Positions 42,819 to 53,649 of a stretch of 64,000 bases of DNA are shown in pieces. The translations under genes were made by a program, and so were the position numbers. The stretch spans positions 1-64,000 of the forward strand of contig NZ_LSUQ01000001.1 of NCBI RefSeq assembly GCF_001642725.1, written 5' to 3'. Under the pieces are notes generated by a model. The model was not told the origin of the DNA. It was given only the letters and a program-made list of their open reading frames with translations, and did no database searches. This DNA is from Ferroacidibacillus organovorans. Its GTDB lineage: Bacteria > Bacillota > Bacilli > Alicyclobacillales > SLC66. Each line of letters begins with the position of its first letter. Position 1 is the first letter of the stretch.

Positions 42819-42847
42819 TTGACTTTTTGAGGCAAGTCTCCTATATG
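42819..42847 (+). promoter_or_regulatory. Putative sigma-A promoter of the peptide ABC operon
   Basis: TTGACT-N17-TATATG. Confidence 0.55.
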
Positions 42848-42987
42848 TATCTTGTAGTGTTTGTTAAGTCTTTGTGTCTTTGGTGTGGAGAATTTGTAAG
42901 GATATTGGCCGAATTTTCCAAGTGTTCCTTGCTCGCCTCTCTGCCAGTATGTATGCACCATAAATGTCAAATTGCAGGGGGTGCCCC

Positions 42988-43956
42988 GTGTCGACGCCAT
43001 TGCTTGAAGTTCGCAATCTGAAAACACATTTTATCAGTCGAACGAGTCGCGTCCGAGCGGTCGACGGTGTCGACTTTTCGGTCGAGCGAGGCAAGGTCTT
43101 GGGAATTGTTGGAGAGTCAGGCAGCGGTAAAAGCATGACTTCCTTATCGATCATGCGCCTCGTGCCTGGACCTCAAGGGCAAATTGTCGACGGAGAAATT
43201 CTCTTAGACGGGAAAAACCTTTTAAAACTCACTGAACGGGAAATGACGAATATTCGCGGCAATCAAATCGGAATGATCTTCCAAGAACCGATGACAGCAC
43301 TCAACCCCGTGTTAAAAATCGGCGAACAAATTGGAGAGGTCTTGACGCGGCATCGCGGGATGAATAAAGCCGAAGCGAAAAAGCATGCGGTGGAGCTTTT
43401 GAAAAATGTCGGATTCCCGCGCGCCGAACAGATTGTCAATGAGTATCCTCACCAGTTATCGGGCGGAATGAGACAACGCGCGATGATCGCGATGGCGATG
43501 GCGTGCCAGCCGACGCTGTTGATCGCCGACGAACCGACGACAGCGCTTGATGTGACGATTCAGGCGCAGGTGCTCGACCTGATGCGCGAACTTAAAAATC
43601 GCACAGGCACGGCAATTATCTTGATTACGCACGATCTCGGCGTCATCGCTGAGATGGCGGACGATATGGTTGTGATGTATGGCGGTCAGGTTGTGGAGTC
43701 GGGATCTGCGGATTCTGTGTTTGAAGAGCCACTGCACCCCTATACGCGCGCGCTGCTTGAGTCAATCCCTGTAATTGACGAAGAGCGGGAGCGGTTGACG
43801 GCGATTCCGGGAACCGTGCCGAGTGCGGCGAACTTCCCCGAGGGCTGTCGCTTCGCAGATCGCTGTTCGCTCGTAGAGTCGTCGTGTCGCGAGAAGATGC
43901 CAGAGCTGCGCGAGTTGCGCAAAGGGCACAGCGTGCGTTGCACGCTCGCGGTATAG
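42988..43956 (+). CDS. Oligopeptide ABC transporter ATPase (OppD/AppD)
   Basis: [26 protein letters not shown] and a C-terminal Cys cluster. Confidence 0.93.
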   Translation: MSTPLLEVRNLKTHFISRTSRVRAVDGVDFSVERGKVLGIVGESGSGKSMTSLSIMRLVPGPQGQIVDGEILLDGKNLLKLTEREMTNIRGNQIGMIFQEPMTALNPVLKIGEQIGEVLTRHRGMNKAEAKKHAVELLKNVGFPRAEQIVNEYPHQLSGGMRQRAMIAMAMACQPTLLIADEPTTALDVTIQAQVLDLMRELKNRTGTAIILITHDLGVIAEMADDMVVMYGGQVVESGSADSVFEEPLHPYTRALLESIPVIDEERERLTAIPGTVPSAANFPEGCRFADRCSLVESSCREKMPELRELRKGHSVRCTLAV

Positions 43957-44058
43957 CGCGGCCTGTGGTGGTGCGCGAGTGAGACGATTGTGTGGAAAGC
44001 CATGTCGCCTTGCGATACGCGCATAGCGGCAGGAAATTAGGGGAGAGGGGGAATCCGT

Positions 44059-45069
44059 GTGAGTGTTGCAGAACGGCAGATGGACGCGAACCACACACCT
44101 CAGAGCGACATTCTTTTAGAACTCACAGGTGTGAAAAAGTATTTTCCGATTACGGGTGGCGTGCTGCGCCGAACGATTGGCGCGGTCAAAGCGGTTGACG
44201 ATATTTCATTTACGCTGCGCAAGGGTGAAACGTTGGGTCTTGTCGGTGAGTCTGGTTGCGGCAAATCAACGACAGGCCGTGTGATCATGAAGATCTTGGA
44301 TCCTACGGCGGGTACCATTCGTTTTGACGGCCGCGATATCACGAAATTGTCTGGGCGCGCTTTGCGCGAAATGCGCCAGGATTTCCAGATGGTGTTTCAG
44401 GATCCTTATTCATCACTCAATCCGCGGATGAGCGTCGGCGCGCTGGTTGCTGAACCGCTGATTGTCAACAAGAAGGGGACGCGCGAACAGATTCGCGATG
44501 AAGTGGAGCGATTGCTTCAAGTTGTCGGACTTTCTCCGGAGGCGCGATTGCGTTTTCCTCACGAATTTTCTGGTGGTCAACGGCAACGGATTGCGATCGC
44601 GAGAGCGCTCGCCCTGAAGCCCAAGTTGATTGTCGCTGATGAAGCTGTTTCTGCACTTGACGTTTCGATTCAAGCGCAGATCTTAAACCTGTTGGCTGAC
44701 CTCCGCAAGGAGTTTGGACTCTCTTATGTGTTTATCTCTCACAACCTCGCTGTCGTGAAACACGTCAGCGATCGCGTGGGGGTGATGTACCTCGGACGGA
44801 TGGTGGAACTCGCTGACAAGGCGAAACTCTACAGTCAACCGCTCCACCCGTACACGCAGGCGCTGCTCTCTGCGGCGCCCGAACCGAAGCGAAACGTAAC
44901 CCGTGATCGCATCGTGCTCGCAGGAGATGTTCCGAGTCCTGCCAATCCACCCTCGGGTTGCGCGTTTCACACGCGCTGTCCCAAGGTGATGGATGTGTGC
45001 AAGAGTCAGCGACCTGAGCTTACCGCATACGGAGATGGCCAGCTTGTGGCGTGCCACCTCTACGCGTAA
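44059..45069 (+). CDS. Oligopeptide ABC transporter ATPase (OppF/AppF)
   Basis: [34 protein letters not shown]. Confidence 0.93.
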   Translation: MSVAERQMDANHTPQSDILLELTGVKKYFPITGGVLRRTIGAVKAVDDISFTLRKGETLGLVGESGCGKSTTGRVIMKILDPTAGTIRFDGRDITKLSGRALREMRQDFQMVFQDPYSSLNPRMSVGALVAEPLIVNKKGTREQIRDEVERLLQVVGLSPEARLRFPHEFSGGQRQRIAIARALALKPKLIVADEAVSALDVSIQAQILNLLADLRKEFGLSYVFISHNLAVVKHVSDRVGVMYLGRMVELADKAKLYSQPLHPYTQALLSAAPEPKRNVTRDRIVLAGDVPSPANPPSGCAFHTRCPKVMDVCKSQRPELTAYGDGQLVACHLYA

Positions 45070-45126
45070 GACGCAGGGCAAAATGCTTCACGCCGCAGAG
45101 GCGCATATGAAAAGGGGGTAACACAA

Positions 45127-46860
45127 ATGAATAAACGCACAGCCATGTTTTCGGCTGCAGCAGTTGTAACACTTTCCGGACTCTTGGCAGGGCTCGCAGG
45201 TACCGGCGCATTCGCCGCGACAAAACCTGTCGCAAAACACGCAGCGAAGCATGCAGCAATCCCGAACGGCGGAACGCTCGTGCAGACCGTGCCTTCTTCG
45301 TTTGGCGTAAACTTTATCCCACTTTTGGACTCTTCCGCGTATAACCAGAATGTGACAGGACTCATGTTCGATCCGATCTTGACGATCAATGCGAACAACC
45401 AATTGATCGGCGATATTGTGCAAAAATGGTGGTTCTCGAAGAACTTAAAGACCACGTACTTTAAGATTAATCCTAACGCCAAATGGTCAAACGGAATCCA
45501 CGTCACATCAAAAGACGTCGAACTTGGCGTTGACTGGCTCGCCTCGCAGTCTTACAACAATAAAGACAACGGCGCTTATAACTACATCGTGAGCAGCATC
45601 GTTGGCGCACAAAAACCGCTGCCTGACGGCACGACGCCTAGTGGATTCAAGATCATCAGTCCGACGGAGTTTTCAATCACACAAACGACGGTCGATCCGA
45701 CAAACTTGGGCTCCAATCTCCAATTCATCACACCACTCCCGACATTTATTCTCGGCAAGATACCGATGTCGAAATGGTCGACGTCTGCATTCAACAAGCA
45801 GCCGACGATTGGCGATGGACCGTTTACGATCACGCAGATCGTGCCAAACCAATCGGTGACGATGAAGGCCAACCCTTACTACGTGTTTGGCAAACCGCAT
45901 ATCGCCTTCAACATTTGGAAAGTCGTTTCTCCTGACGTTGTGAGCGGCGACCTCGTATCTGGTCAAGTATCGATTGCAGCAGTCCATGCAACAGACTTTA
46001 ATAAATTGAAGAATGCACCTGGGCTCGCGACGAACGTGACGCCGCAAAACAGCTATGACTTCCTTGGCTGGCGCTTGAACAACGCGGTGTATGGAAAAGA
46101 GTTCAGCAATGTGAAATTCCGTCAGGCTGTCGAGTATGCGCTGAACCGTCCGGCACTCGTTCAGGCGCTCGACAAGGGTTACGCTACCGTTGTCAACGGT
46201 CCTTTCCCATCCGCGAACAGCTATGCGGATAAAGCACTCGCAAACTCCTATAAGTACAACCCAACGCTTGCAAACAAACTCCTGAATGAGGCAGGCTTCA
46301 AGATCGGCAAGAACGGTTGGAGAACGACCCCGGGCGGCCGCCCATTTACGCCGACGCTGACGTACGCGTCTGGAGATTCGTTGCTTCAAACGCAGGCAGA
46401 GTTCATGAAGCAATTCATGAATGCGGTGCACATCAACCTGAAGCTGAATGCGCCGATCTCCTTTGAGCAACAGCTTAACGAATTGAATAACGATACAAAT
46501 GGCAAGCAGCCGATTCAAGGCTTCCTTGAAGCCTGGAACTTGGGAAGCGGTCCCCAAGATCCGCGTGGTTTGTGGCTCTCAAACGCCACGTTTAACACGA
46601 CGACCCAAGACTGGACACAGCCGGTGAGCGTGCTAAAACAAAACGACAAGCTTCTCGCAGAGCAGGCGAGTGCCGCCGCGTACAATCCGGCGTATCGCCA
46701 ACGCGTGCTCAACCAATGGCAACAGCTTTGGAACACGCAGTTGCCGACAAATAACACGATCTCTGACGACCTGCTGACAGTGTATAGCAACAAATTGCAC
46801 GGCGTTGTCTTCTCGCCATACGGCACACTCTTCATCTACAAGTGGTATCTGACGAAGTAA
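45127..46860 (+). CDS. Family-5 peptide ABC substrate-binding protein (OppA/AppA-like) without a lipobox
   Basis: AKWSNG.HVT..DV, IGDGPF, FRQAVEYALNR; signal peptide ending AFA. Confidence 0.9.
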   Translation: MNKRTAMFSAAAVVTLSGLLAGLAGTGAFAATKPVAKHAAKHAAIPNGGTLVQTVPSSFGVNFIPLLDSSAYNQNVTGLMFDPILTINANNQLIGDIVQKWWFSKNLKTTYFKINPNAKWSNGIHVTSKDVELGVDWLASQSYNNKDNGAYNYIVSSIVGAQKPLPDGTTPSGFKIISPTEFSITQTTVDPTNLGSNLQFITPLPTFILGKIPMSKWSTSAFNKQPTIGDGPFTITQIVPNQSVTMKANPYYVFGKPHIAFNIWKVVSPDVVSGDLVSGQVSIAAVHATDFNKLKNAPGLATNVTPQNSYDFLGWRLNNAVYGKEFSNVKFRQAVEYALNRPALVQALDKGYATVVNGPFPSANSYADKALANSYKYNPTLANKLLNEAGFKIGKNGWRTTPGGRPFTPTLTYASGDSLLQTQAEFMKQFMNAVHINLKLNAPISFEQQLNELNNDTNGKQPIQGFLEAWNLGSGPQDPRGLWLSNATFNTTTQDWTQPVSVLKQNDKLLAEQASAAAYNPAYRQRVLNQWQQLWNTQLPTNNTISDDLLTVYSNKLHGVVFSPYGTLFIYKWYLTK

Positions 46861-46880
46861 ACACCTAGAGAATCCACGAT

Positions 46881-46908
46881 GAAAGGGGTAGCCCAGGCTG
46901 CCCCTTTC
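46881..46908 (+). other. Stem-loop after the binding-protein gene (mRNA stabiliser or attenuator)
   Basis: GAAAGGGGTAGC-CCAG-GCTGCCCCTTTC. Confidence 0.6.
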
Positions 46909-46935
46909 GCTAAATGAGGAGGTTGAAAAGCCGTC

Positions 46936-47901
46936 ATGGCGTCTTACATTGTACGGCGGTTGTTAGGTCTTATTCCGACACTCTTCGTCATCACGGTGAT
47001 TGTCTTTTTGCTTATGCACGCGATGCCTGGCAACGCGTTTATGGCGCTCGTCTACAATCCAAAGGTGAAAGACCCGGCTGCGCTAATCGCTAGATTGGAA
47101 GCGCAAAACGGATTGAATCAACCGCTCTATATTCAGTACTTTGACTGGTTGCGTAACGTTTTTCAAGGAAACCTTGGCATGTCACAGAGTCTGAATGAAC
47201 CGGTATCGCAAGCGATTGGTCAAGCACTTCCGAATACATTGCTACTCGCTGTCACTGCGGAGGTTATTATCCTTCTTGTTTCGATTCCAATTGGTGTTCT
47301 TCAGGCTAACCGCGCAAACAAAGGGTTTGATATCACAACCTCGTTTATTGCAGTGCTGTTTTATTCAATTCCTGGATTTGTTTTCGCATTAATCCTCTTG
47401 CTCTTTTTTTCTTTTAAATGGAATATACTCCCTTCGACAGGTACGGTGACGCCAGGGGTGTCGTATTCGGGCTCTCTAGGTGATCACATTATTCACTTGG
47501 TACTTCCGGCGATGGCGCTCGCCCTTCCTTCGCTCGCCTATTACACACGATTGACGCGCGGGAACACGCTCCAGGTGATCGTCGCAGATTTTGTTCGAAC
47601 GGCCAAAGCAAAAGGTTTGCGCACGCCGCGCATTCTTTTCCGTCACGTGTTGCGAAACGCAATTATACCTCTTGTCACGCAGTTTGGGTTTGACATTGGG
47701 GGGCTGTTTGGCGGGGCGATTATTCTCGAAGAAATTTTTACGTGGCCAGGAATGGGTGAATTATCGATCAATGCGACACTTAGCCATGATTACCCGTTGA
47801 TTCTTGGTTCCACGCTTGTTTTTGCGGTAACCGTTCTTATTGGGAATCTGATCGCTGATATTCTACTCGCTGTTTCTGACCCGAGAATTCGCTACGATTG
47901 A
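46936..47901 (+). CDS. Peptide ABC permease (OppB/AppB)
   Basis: YIVRRLL, RTAKAKGL, RHVLRNA, DPRIRY. Confidence 0.94.
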   Translation: MASYIVRRLLGLIPTLFVITVIVFLLMHAMPGNAFMALVYNPKVKDPAALIARLEAQNGLNQPLYIQYFDWLRNVFQGNLGMSQSLNEPVSQAIGQALPNTLLLAVTAEVIILLVSIPIGVLQANRANKGFDITTSFIAVLFYSIPGFVFALILLLFFSFKWNILPSTGTVTPGVSYSGSLGDHIIHLVLPAMALALPSLAYYTRLTRGNTLQVIVADFVRTAKAKGLRTPRILFRHVLRNAIIPLVTQFGFDIGGLFGGAIILEEIFTWPGMGELSINATLSHDYPLILGSTLVFAVTVLIGNLIADILLAVSDPRIRYD

Positions 47902-47913
47902 GGAGGTGAGCCA

Positions 47914-48822
47914 GTGGCTACACAAATTGTGCAACATGCCGTGAAGAAACCAGAGCGAAAGGTAACGGTTGGTAAATCTCCGACAAGGCTTGCGTTTGAG
48001 CGATTTTTTCGAAACCCACTCGCAGTCGCGGGAGTAATTGTTCTTTCACTCATCATCTTGGTCACCATCTTTGCGCCGTTTTTGACAAAGTTCTCACCGA
48101 GTACGGCGGACATCATGAACACTGACTCGCCTCCTACCGCGCTCCACCCGCTGGGCACGGACGCATCAGGCTTTGACAATTTGGCGAGGGTGCTCTATGG
48201 CGGAAGGGTTGATCTCACTGTCGCATTCGCGGCGGCGTTCATGTCCATGTTTTTGGGTACGCTTTATGGAGGAATCTCTGGTTTTTTTGGTGGGTGGGTT
48301 GACAACATCATGATGCGTTTCGTCGACATCATGCTTAATTTTCCGTTTTTGATACTCGTTCTTGCGCTCGAATCGATCTTCAGCGTGCAAGGTGTATGGA
48401 TTCTTGTCTTTGTTGTCGGAGTGACGGCGTGGCCGGGGCCAGCCCGTTTGATGCGTGGTATGTTTCTTCAATTGCGCGAACAGGACTATGTGATCGGTGC
48501 GCGGACGATTGGTTGCAGTTCTTGGCGGATCATTTTTCGGCACATGCTGCCAAACACACTCAGCTTTTTGATCGTCCTCGTCAGTTTTTCCGTCGCGAGC
48601 TACGTCGGTCTTGAAGCTGCTCTCTCCTTTCTTGGGTTAGGCGTTCCTTTATCTGTTCCTTCTTGGGGAGGTATGCTTAACGCCTCGACTGGATACATTC
48701 AGTTGACAACGGAGCCGTATGCTTGGGGTCCTCCAATGGCAATGATTGTACTGACGATCTTGTCGGTTAACTTTATCGGAGACGGTTTGCGTGACGCGTT
48801 TGATCCACAGTCAAAAGCGTGA
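47914..48822 (+). CDS. Peptide ABC permease (OppC/AppC)
   Basis: HPLGTD, RHMLPN, PSWG, GDGLRDAFDP. Confidence 0.94.
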   Translation: MATQIVQHAVKKPERKVTVGKSPTRLAFERFFRNPLAVAGVIVLSLIILVTIFAPFLTKFSPSTADIMNTDSPPTALHPLGTDASGFDNLARVLYGGRVDLTVAFAAAFMSMFLGTLYGGISGFFGGWVDNIMMRFVDIMLNFPFLILVLALESIFSVQGVWILVFVVGVTAWPGPARLMRGMFLQLREQDYVIGARTIGCSSWRIIFRHMLPNTLSFLIVLVSFSVASYVGLEAALSFLGLGVPLSVPSWGGMLNASTGYIQLTTEPYAWGPPMAMIVLTILSVNFIGDGLRDAFDPQSKA

Positions 48823-48933
48823 TTGATTCACCGTCGTTACGTAATGATCTTTGAACATGACCCTGTGATCTTTGTTGATCGCCGGGTTTTTACTATGGAT
48901 GCGGTGAGATCCTCTAAACCCGCCATGAACCCG

Positions 48934-48983
48934 TTGACAAGAGGGGAACGCCTATCTACAATAATGAATGAATACTCATTCGA
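48934..48983 (+). promoter_or_regulatory. Sigma-A promoter and FadR box for fadR-etfBA
   Basis: TTGACA-N17-TACAAT; ATGAATGAATACTCATTCGA (48964-48983) matches the Bacillus FadR box TGAATGANTANTCATTCA. Confidence 0.85.
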
Positions 48984-49004
48984 AATGAGCTGGCTGAATG
49001 CGGG

Positions 49005-49631
49005 GTGGAAGGGATCGCGCAACGGAAAGATGGAGCGAAGTATCAGACCATCCTTGCGGCTGCTGTGGAAGTGATGTCGGAATCCGGTTATCACGGTGCA
49101 CAAGTGGCGCGCATCGCGCGCGTGGCGGGGGTTGCGGATGGAACGGTCTATCTCTATTTTAAGAACAAAGAGGACATTCTCGTCTCCATCTTGCGTGAGA
49201 CGATTGGGGAGATTGTCACGCTCTCCACACTTCTTGAAGGTGACCATCCGGAGCCGCTTAAGGCGCTGCATAAGCTGATCGAGGCGCACTTTCAAACGCT
49301 CGGGCAAAACCCGGCGCTCGCGTCTGTGCTGCAGGTCCACATCCGCCAGGCAGACCCGGCAATTCGTGCCCAGGTCGCGGAGATCATGAGACCGTATCAG
49401 CAAACAGTCGCGCGCATTGTTGAGATGGGTGTTGTACGCGGTGAAATGCGCAGTAAGCTCGATCTGCGAATTGCGCGGCGCATGATCTTTGGAACGATTG
49501 ACGAGACCGTCAATGCATGGATTTTTACTGGTGCAAAGTATGATTTGACAGCGTTGATTGATCCTGTTTTTGATGTTCTCATGACTGGACTTACGGGTAG
49601 GAATGATTACGATCGAGAAGGTAAGGAGTGA
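49005..49631 (+). CDS. fadR: TetR-family fatty-acid degradation regulator FadR (YsiA-like)
   Basis: AGVADGTVYLYFKNKEDIL; sits upstream of etfBA with a cognate box. Confidence 0.88.
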   Translation: MEGIAQRKDGAKYQTILAAAVEVMSESGYHGAQVARIARVAGVADGTVYLYFKNKEDILVSILRETIGEIVTLSTLLEGDHPEPLKALHKLIEAHFQTLGQNPALASVLQVHIRQADPAIRAQVAEIMRPYQQTVARIVEMGVVRGEMRSKLDLRIARRMIFGTIDETVNAWIFTGAKYDLTALIDPVFDVLMTGLTGRNDYDREGKE

Positions 49632-49637
49632 TCGCTT

Positions 49638-50405
49638 GTGAATGTGATCGTATGCATGAAACAGACGTTTGACACAGAGGCAAAAATTACCCTCACGGAT
49701 GGAAAGATTAACGAAGAGGGCGTGCAGTGGATTATCAATCCATATGACGAGTACGCGATCGAGGAAGCGTTAAAAATCAAAGAGGCAACGGAGGGAACGG
49801 TAACGGTCGTCACGATCGGTCCCGCGCGCGTTGAAGAGGCGGTGCGGACTGCGCTGGCGATGGGTGCGGATGACGCTGTGATTGTTGATGACCCAGCCGC
49901 GTTTGGCGATGAATTTACGGCGGCTGAGGTGTTGGCGGCAGTGATTCGCACGCGCACCTATGATGTCATTCTCGCGGGCAATCAGGCGGTGGACGACGGT
50001 TCGTCGCAAGTGGCAGTAAGGCTTGCGCAGCTTCTCGATGTGCCCCATGTCTCGACGATTACCAAACTCACGTTTGATGGCGCAGTCGCCGTCGCAGAGC
50101 GCGACGCAGAGGGTGACACAGAAGTTGTAGAGGTCAAACTCCCTGCACTCTTTACGGCACAGCAGGGGCTCAACGAGCCGCGCTATCCGTCGCTCCTGGG
50201 AATTCGAAAAGCGAGCAAGAAACCTGTAGAGCACGTGACGGTTGCAGGGATCGGTCTCGCTGAGAATGCGATTGCGAAGCGTGTGGCTGTGACAGAGACG
50301 TTTATCCCAGCGCAAAAAGGGGCTGGCCGCATTTTGACGGGTGATACTCCGGAGCGCGTCCGCGAATTGGTGCGAGAGCTTAGACAAACAAGCAAAGTGA
50401 TTTGA
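49638..50405 (+). CDS. etfB: Electron transfer flavoprotein beta subunit
   Basis: NPYDEYAIEEA, ALAMGAD, GNQAVD, NEPRYP. Confidence 0.96.
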   Translation: MNVIVCMKQTFDTEAKITLTDGKINEEGVQWIINPYDEYAIEEALKIKEATEGTVTVVTIGPARVEEAVRTALAMGADDAVIVDDPAAFGDEFTAAEVLAAVIRTRTYDVILAGNQAVDDGSSQVAVRLAQLLDVPHVSTITKLTFDGAVAVAERDAEGDTEVVEVKLPALFTAQQGLNEPRYPSLLGIRKASKKPVEHVTVAGIGLAENAIAKRVAVTETFIPAQKGAGRILTGDTPERVRELVRELRQTSKVI

Positions 50406-50480
50406 TGCGTTGCGCGCTTTGATTTCGCGTGTTTTTTGTAGCGGGACGAAGGACGAAGGACGGAGAGAGGATGACCGTGA

Positions 50481-51449
50481 ATGCAAGACGTATTAGTCGT
50501 CGCTGATTTGCGTGGCAGTACATTGCGAAATGTTTCACTAGAGGCGCTCTATGGCGCAGGAGTCATTGCACAAGGCGGGCGCGTCACCGCGCTGCTTGCC
50601 GGGCATGGTGTTGTCGATCTTGCTGAAGTGCTCTTATCGCATGGCGCGAATGATGTGCTTGTCGTCGATGATGAACGCCTGCGCACTTATCAACCAGAGT
50701 TTTATCGCAAGGCTGTGCAAGCGGCCATCGAAGCGATAAAACCATCAACGGTTCTGTTTGCCCACTCTGCCATCGGTCGCGATCTCGCACCAGCGATCGC
50801 TGCGCACTACAAGGCGGGACAGGTGTCTGACGTGATTGGCATTGAGCTTCAGGGCAATCAGGTGATTTACACAAGACCAGTGTATGCGGGAAAAGCGTTT
50901 ACGAAAAACGGAATTTCCGGCGATTTGGCGATCGTAACCATCCGGCCTAATAACCTACCGGTTTCTGAGGCGACGCAAGCGAGTGGTACCGCGAAAAATC
51001 TTGACGTATCCTTTGTCGACGATTTGCGGTCGACGATCAAGGACGTAGTGAAAAAAGTGAGCGGCGGGGTTGATCTGACAGAAGCCAAAATCATCGTTTC
51101 GGGAGGACGAGGCGTCAAAAGTGCAGAAGGGTTTGAACCCTTGCGCGAACTGGCGAGTGTTCTCGGCGCGGCGGTTGGCGCATCGCGGGGAGCGTGTGAC
51201 GCGGGATACTGTGACTATTCCATGCAGATTGGGCAGACCGGAAAAGTGGTGACACCGGATCTCTATATCGCGTGTGGGATCTCTGGCGCGATCCAACATC
51301 TCGCTGGCATGTCAAACGCAAAGGTCATCGTCGCAATCAACAAAGATCCGGAGGCGCCGATCTTCAAAGTGGCAGACTACGGAATTGTCGGCGATCTCTT
51401 TGATGTGGTGCCGGCACTTACACAGGAGCTTCGAGCATTCCTAGGGTGA
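50481..51449 (+). CDS. etfA: Electron transfer flavoprotein alpha subunit
   Basis: [30 protein letters not shown]. Confidence 0.96.
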   Translation: MQDVLVVADLRGSTLRNVSLEALYGAGVIAQGGRVTALLAGHGVVDLAEVLLSHGANDVLVVDDERLRTYQPEFYRKAVQAAIEAIKPSTVLFAHSAIGRDLAPAIAAHYKAGQVSDVIGIELQGNQVIYTRPVYAGKAFTKNGISGDLAIVTIRPNNLPVSEATQASGTAKNLDVSFVDDLRSTIKDVVKKVSGGVDLTEAKIIVSGGRGVKSAEGFEPLRELASVLGAAVGASRGACDAGYCDYSMQIGQTGKVVTPDLYIACGISGAIQHLAGMSNAKVIVAINKDPEAPIFKVADYGIVGDLFDVVPALTQELRAFLG

Positions 51450-51485
51450 TTGTTCGCAACCAACTGCAAGACATTCTTCTTCGTA

Positions 51486-51515
51486 CCCTGCATGCATCGC
51501 GCGTGCAGGGCTTTT
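51486..51515 (+). terminator. Terminator after etfA
   Basis: CCCTGCATGC...GCGTGCAGGG followed by CTTTT. Confidence 0.65.
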
Positions 51516-51667
51516 AGATGTGGTGAGAAGGACTTACTGCAGAAAGAAAGACATCGCTTTTTGGGTGGAAATGCGCACAAAAGAGGGGGCGTGCGCCCGT
51601 ACGCAAGAGATTTGTCCTGCATCTATTAGGAGTGTAGTAAACACCAAACTCCAGGAGGGAATTTACC

Positions 51668-51784
51668 GTGGGTGTTTTCGGCGGATACACGCGCTGGGCT
51701 GTCGTATTTCTCATCATCTTTGTGCTGTTCTTCTTGCTTGTGCCGGGTTATACGACACAGTGCACGACCGTTCCGGTGTATTGA
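51668..51784 (+). CDS. 38-aa single-TM microprotein (YjcZ/SscA-like)
   Basis: AGGAGGG SD, GTG start, MGVFGGYTRWAVVFLIIFVLFFLLVPGYTTQCTTVPVY*; followed by a terminator. Confidence 0.7.
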   Translation: MGVFGGYTRWAVVFLIIFVLFFLLVPGYTTQCTTVPVY

Positions 51785-51789
51785 TCAAG

Positions 51790-51827
51790 AGGCAGAGGGT
51801 GTCTGCGTTGCACCCTCTGCCATTTTT
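51790..51827 (+). terminator. Terminator after the microprotein gene
   Basis: GGCAGAGGGTG...CACCCTCTGCC followed by ATTTTT. Confidence 0.8.
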
Positions 51828-51922
51828 GTAAGAATCGTCGCATGGCTGTGAAGACTATGATTTTATAGCTTAAAACGATACAATGAGAGGTGAAGATACA
51901 TTGAGGTGTGGGGGAATTGTGT

Positions 51923-53617
51923 GTGGGATTTTCATCGTATCTTTATCAACGGCCTGATATGGAGGAAACGAAACACCTTTTTGAGGAGCGCCTGGAGACT
52001 TTCAGGGCGTGTAACAGTGTCGTAGAGGCGCGCACTGCAATCGCTGCGATAAACGCAATACGCGATGCATTTGATTCGATGGGAAATCTTGTTTACATAC
52101 GGCACAGCACAGATACGAACAGCGAGTTCTACCGTGATGAACAACGTTTTTTTGATGAATTCGGCCCTGTCATGCAGTCGCTTACGACCGCCTTTTACGA
52201 TGCGCTTCTCACATCGCCGCATCGCGCAGAGCTTGAAAAAGAGATTGGTGAACGCGTCTTTAGGCTCGCGGAGCTTCAGCGCAAAACGTTTTCGCCAGAG
52301 GTTCTCGAAGATCTGCAAAAAGAGAATGAGCTAACGACAAAATACCAAGAGATCGTGGCTTCTGCCAAAATTGCGTTCGACGGCAAGGAACTAAACCTCG
52401 CGCAGTTTGGTCCTTACACCGAATCTCCGGATCGGGATTTGCGCAAAGCGGCGAGTGAGGCGCGGTTTGCGTTCATGGCTTTGCACGAAGAAGAATTCGA
52501 CAGCATCTATGACCAACTCGTAAAATTGCGACACGGCATTGCAGTAAAACTCGGATTTCCAAGTTTTACGGAGCTGTCCTATGCGCGATTGAATCGCACA
52601 GACTATTCACAGGAGGATGTCAAAAGGTTTCGCGATCAAGTTCACCGTGAGATTGTTCCGATTGTTGAGGGGCTCACAGAGCGAAAAAAGGCTCGTTTAC
52701 ATCTCGATAAGCTCTACTATTACGATGGCGCATTTTCGTTTGCGACGGGAAACCCAACGCCAAAGGGATCGCCTGAGGAGTTGGTGGCTTACGCGAAACG
52801 GATGTATGCGGAACAATCGGATGTAACTAAATCCTTTTTTGACTTCATGATCGAGAATGACTTGATGGATCTTGTGACAGGCCCTGGTAAAGCGGCTGGC
52901 GGATACTGTACATACATTCCGCAGTATGGCTCGCCGTTTATTTTCGCGAATTTCAACGGAACCTCTGGAGATGTAGACGTTTTGACTCATGAAGCGGGGC
53001 ACGCGCTTCAGGTGTTCCTGAGCCGAGAACAAGTGATGCCTGAGTATTATTGGCCAACGTTTGAAGCGGCCGAGATCTTTTCGATGAGTATGGAATTCTT
53101 TGCGTGGCCGTGGATGGATCTTTTCTTTAAGGAGGATACTGACAAGTACAAGTTTGACCATCTGAGTGGGGCACTCTCCTTCTTGCCTTACGGGGTTGCA
53201 GTCGATGAGTTTCAACACTTTATCTACGCCAATGTTGACGCCACACCCGCAGAACGCAAGTCGGCGTGGCGGGCGGTTGAACGAAAATACTTGCCATCGC
53301 GGGATTATGCGGGAAACGAATACCTGGAGCGAGGCGGATTCTGGCATATCCAGTCACATATTTTTGGAACACCGTTTTACTACATTGACTATACGCTTGC
53401 GCAAGTTTGCGCGTTTCAGTATTGGCAACGCTCCCTCGACGAACGGGATGCGGCGTTTGCGGATTATCTCGCGATCGCGCGTAAAGGTGGCAGCGCGTCC
53501 TTCACTGAACTTGTGCACGCTGGAAACTTGACGTCGCCGTTTGCGACTGGCTGTCTCGAAGAGGTGTCAGGTGCTGTGCGCGTGTGGCTCGATCGGATTG
53601 ATGATTCGGCGTTCTAA
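51923..53617 (+). CDS. M3-family oligoendopeptidase (PepF-like)
   Basis: HEAGH zinc motif, EIFSMSME, PFYYIDY. Confidence 0.92.
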   Translation: MGFSSYLYQRPDMEETKHLFEERLETFRACNSVVEARTAIAAINAIRDAFDSMGNLVYIRHSTDTNSEFYRDEQRFFDEFGPVMQSLTTAFYDALLTSPHRAELEKEIGERVFRLAELQRKTFSPEVLEDLQKENELTTKYQEIVASAKIAFDGKELNLAQFGPYTESPDRDLRKAASEARFAFMALHEEEFDSIYDQLVKLRHGIAVKLGFPSFTELSYARLNRTDYSQEDVKRFRDQVHREIVPIVEGLTERKKARLHLDKLYYYDGAFSFATGNPTPKGSPEELVAYAKRMYAEQSDVTKSFFDFMIENDLMDLVTGPGKAAGGYCTYIPQYGSPFIFANFNGTSGDVDVLTHEAGHALQVFLSREQVMPEYYWPTFEAAEIFSMSMEFFAWPWMDLFFKEDTDKYKFDHLSGALSFLPYGVAVDEFQHFIYANVDATPAERKSAWRAVERKYLPSRDYAGNEYLERGGFWHIQSHIFGTPFYYIDYTLAQVCAFQYWQRSLDERDAAFADYLAIARKGGSASFTELVHAGNLTSPFATGCLEEVSGAVRVWLDRIDDSAF

Positions 53618-53649
53618 GCATGGTAAGAGGGCAGGAGGTAGTGTTTTAC

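Noticed and set aside
42888..42926. CodY boxes upstream of the opp operon
   Set aside because: The best match has about 5 mismatches to AATTTTCWGAAAATT, which is too weak to call.
45673..46557. Long antisense or alternate-frame ORFs (e.g. 45673-46557, 19171-20040, 6331-7122, 2881-3669)
   Set aside because: They are shadows of well-supported genes and have no recognisable motifs.
51520..51831. 103-aa ORF between etfA and pepF
   Set aside because: It crosses a terminator and lacks an SD; the 38-aa ORF in another frame has far better signals.
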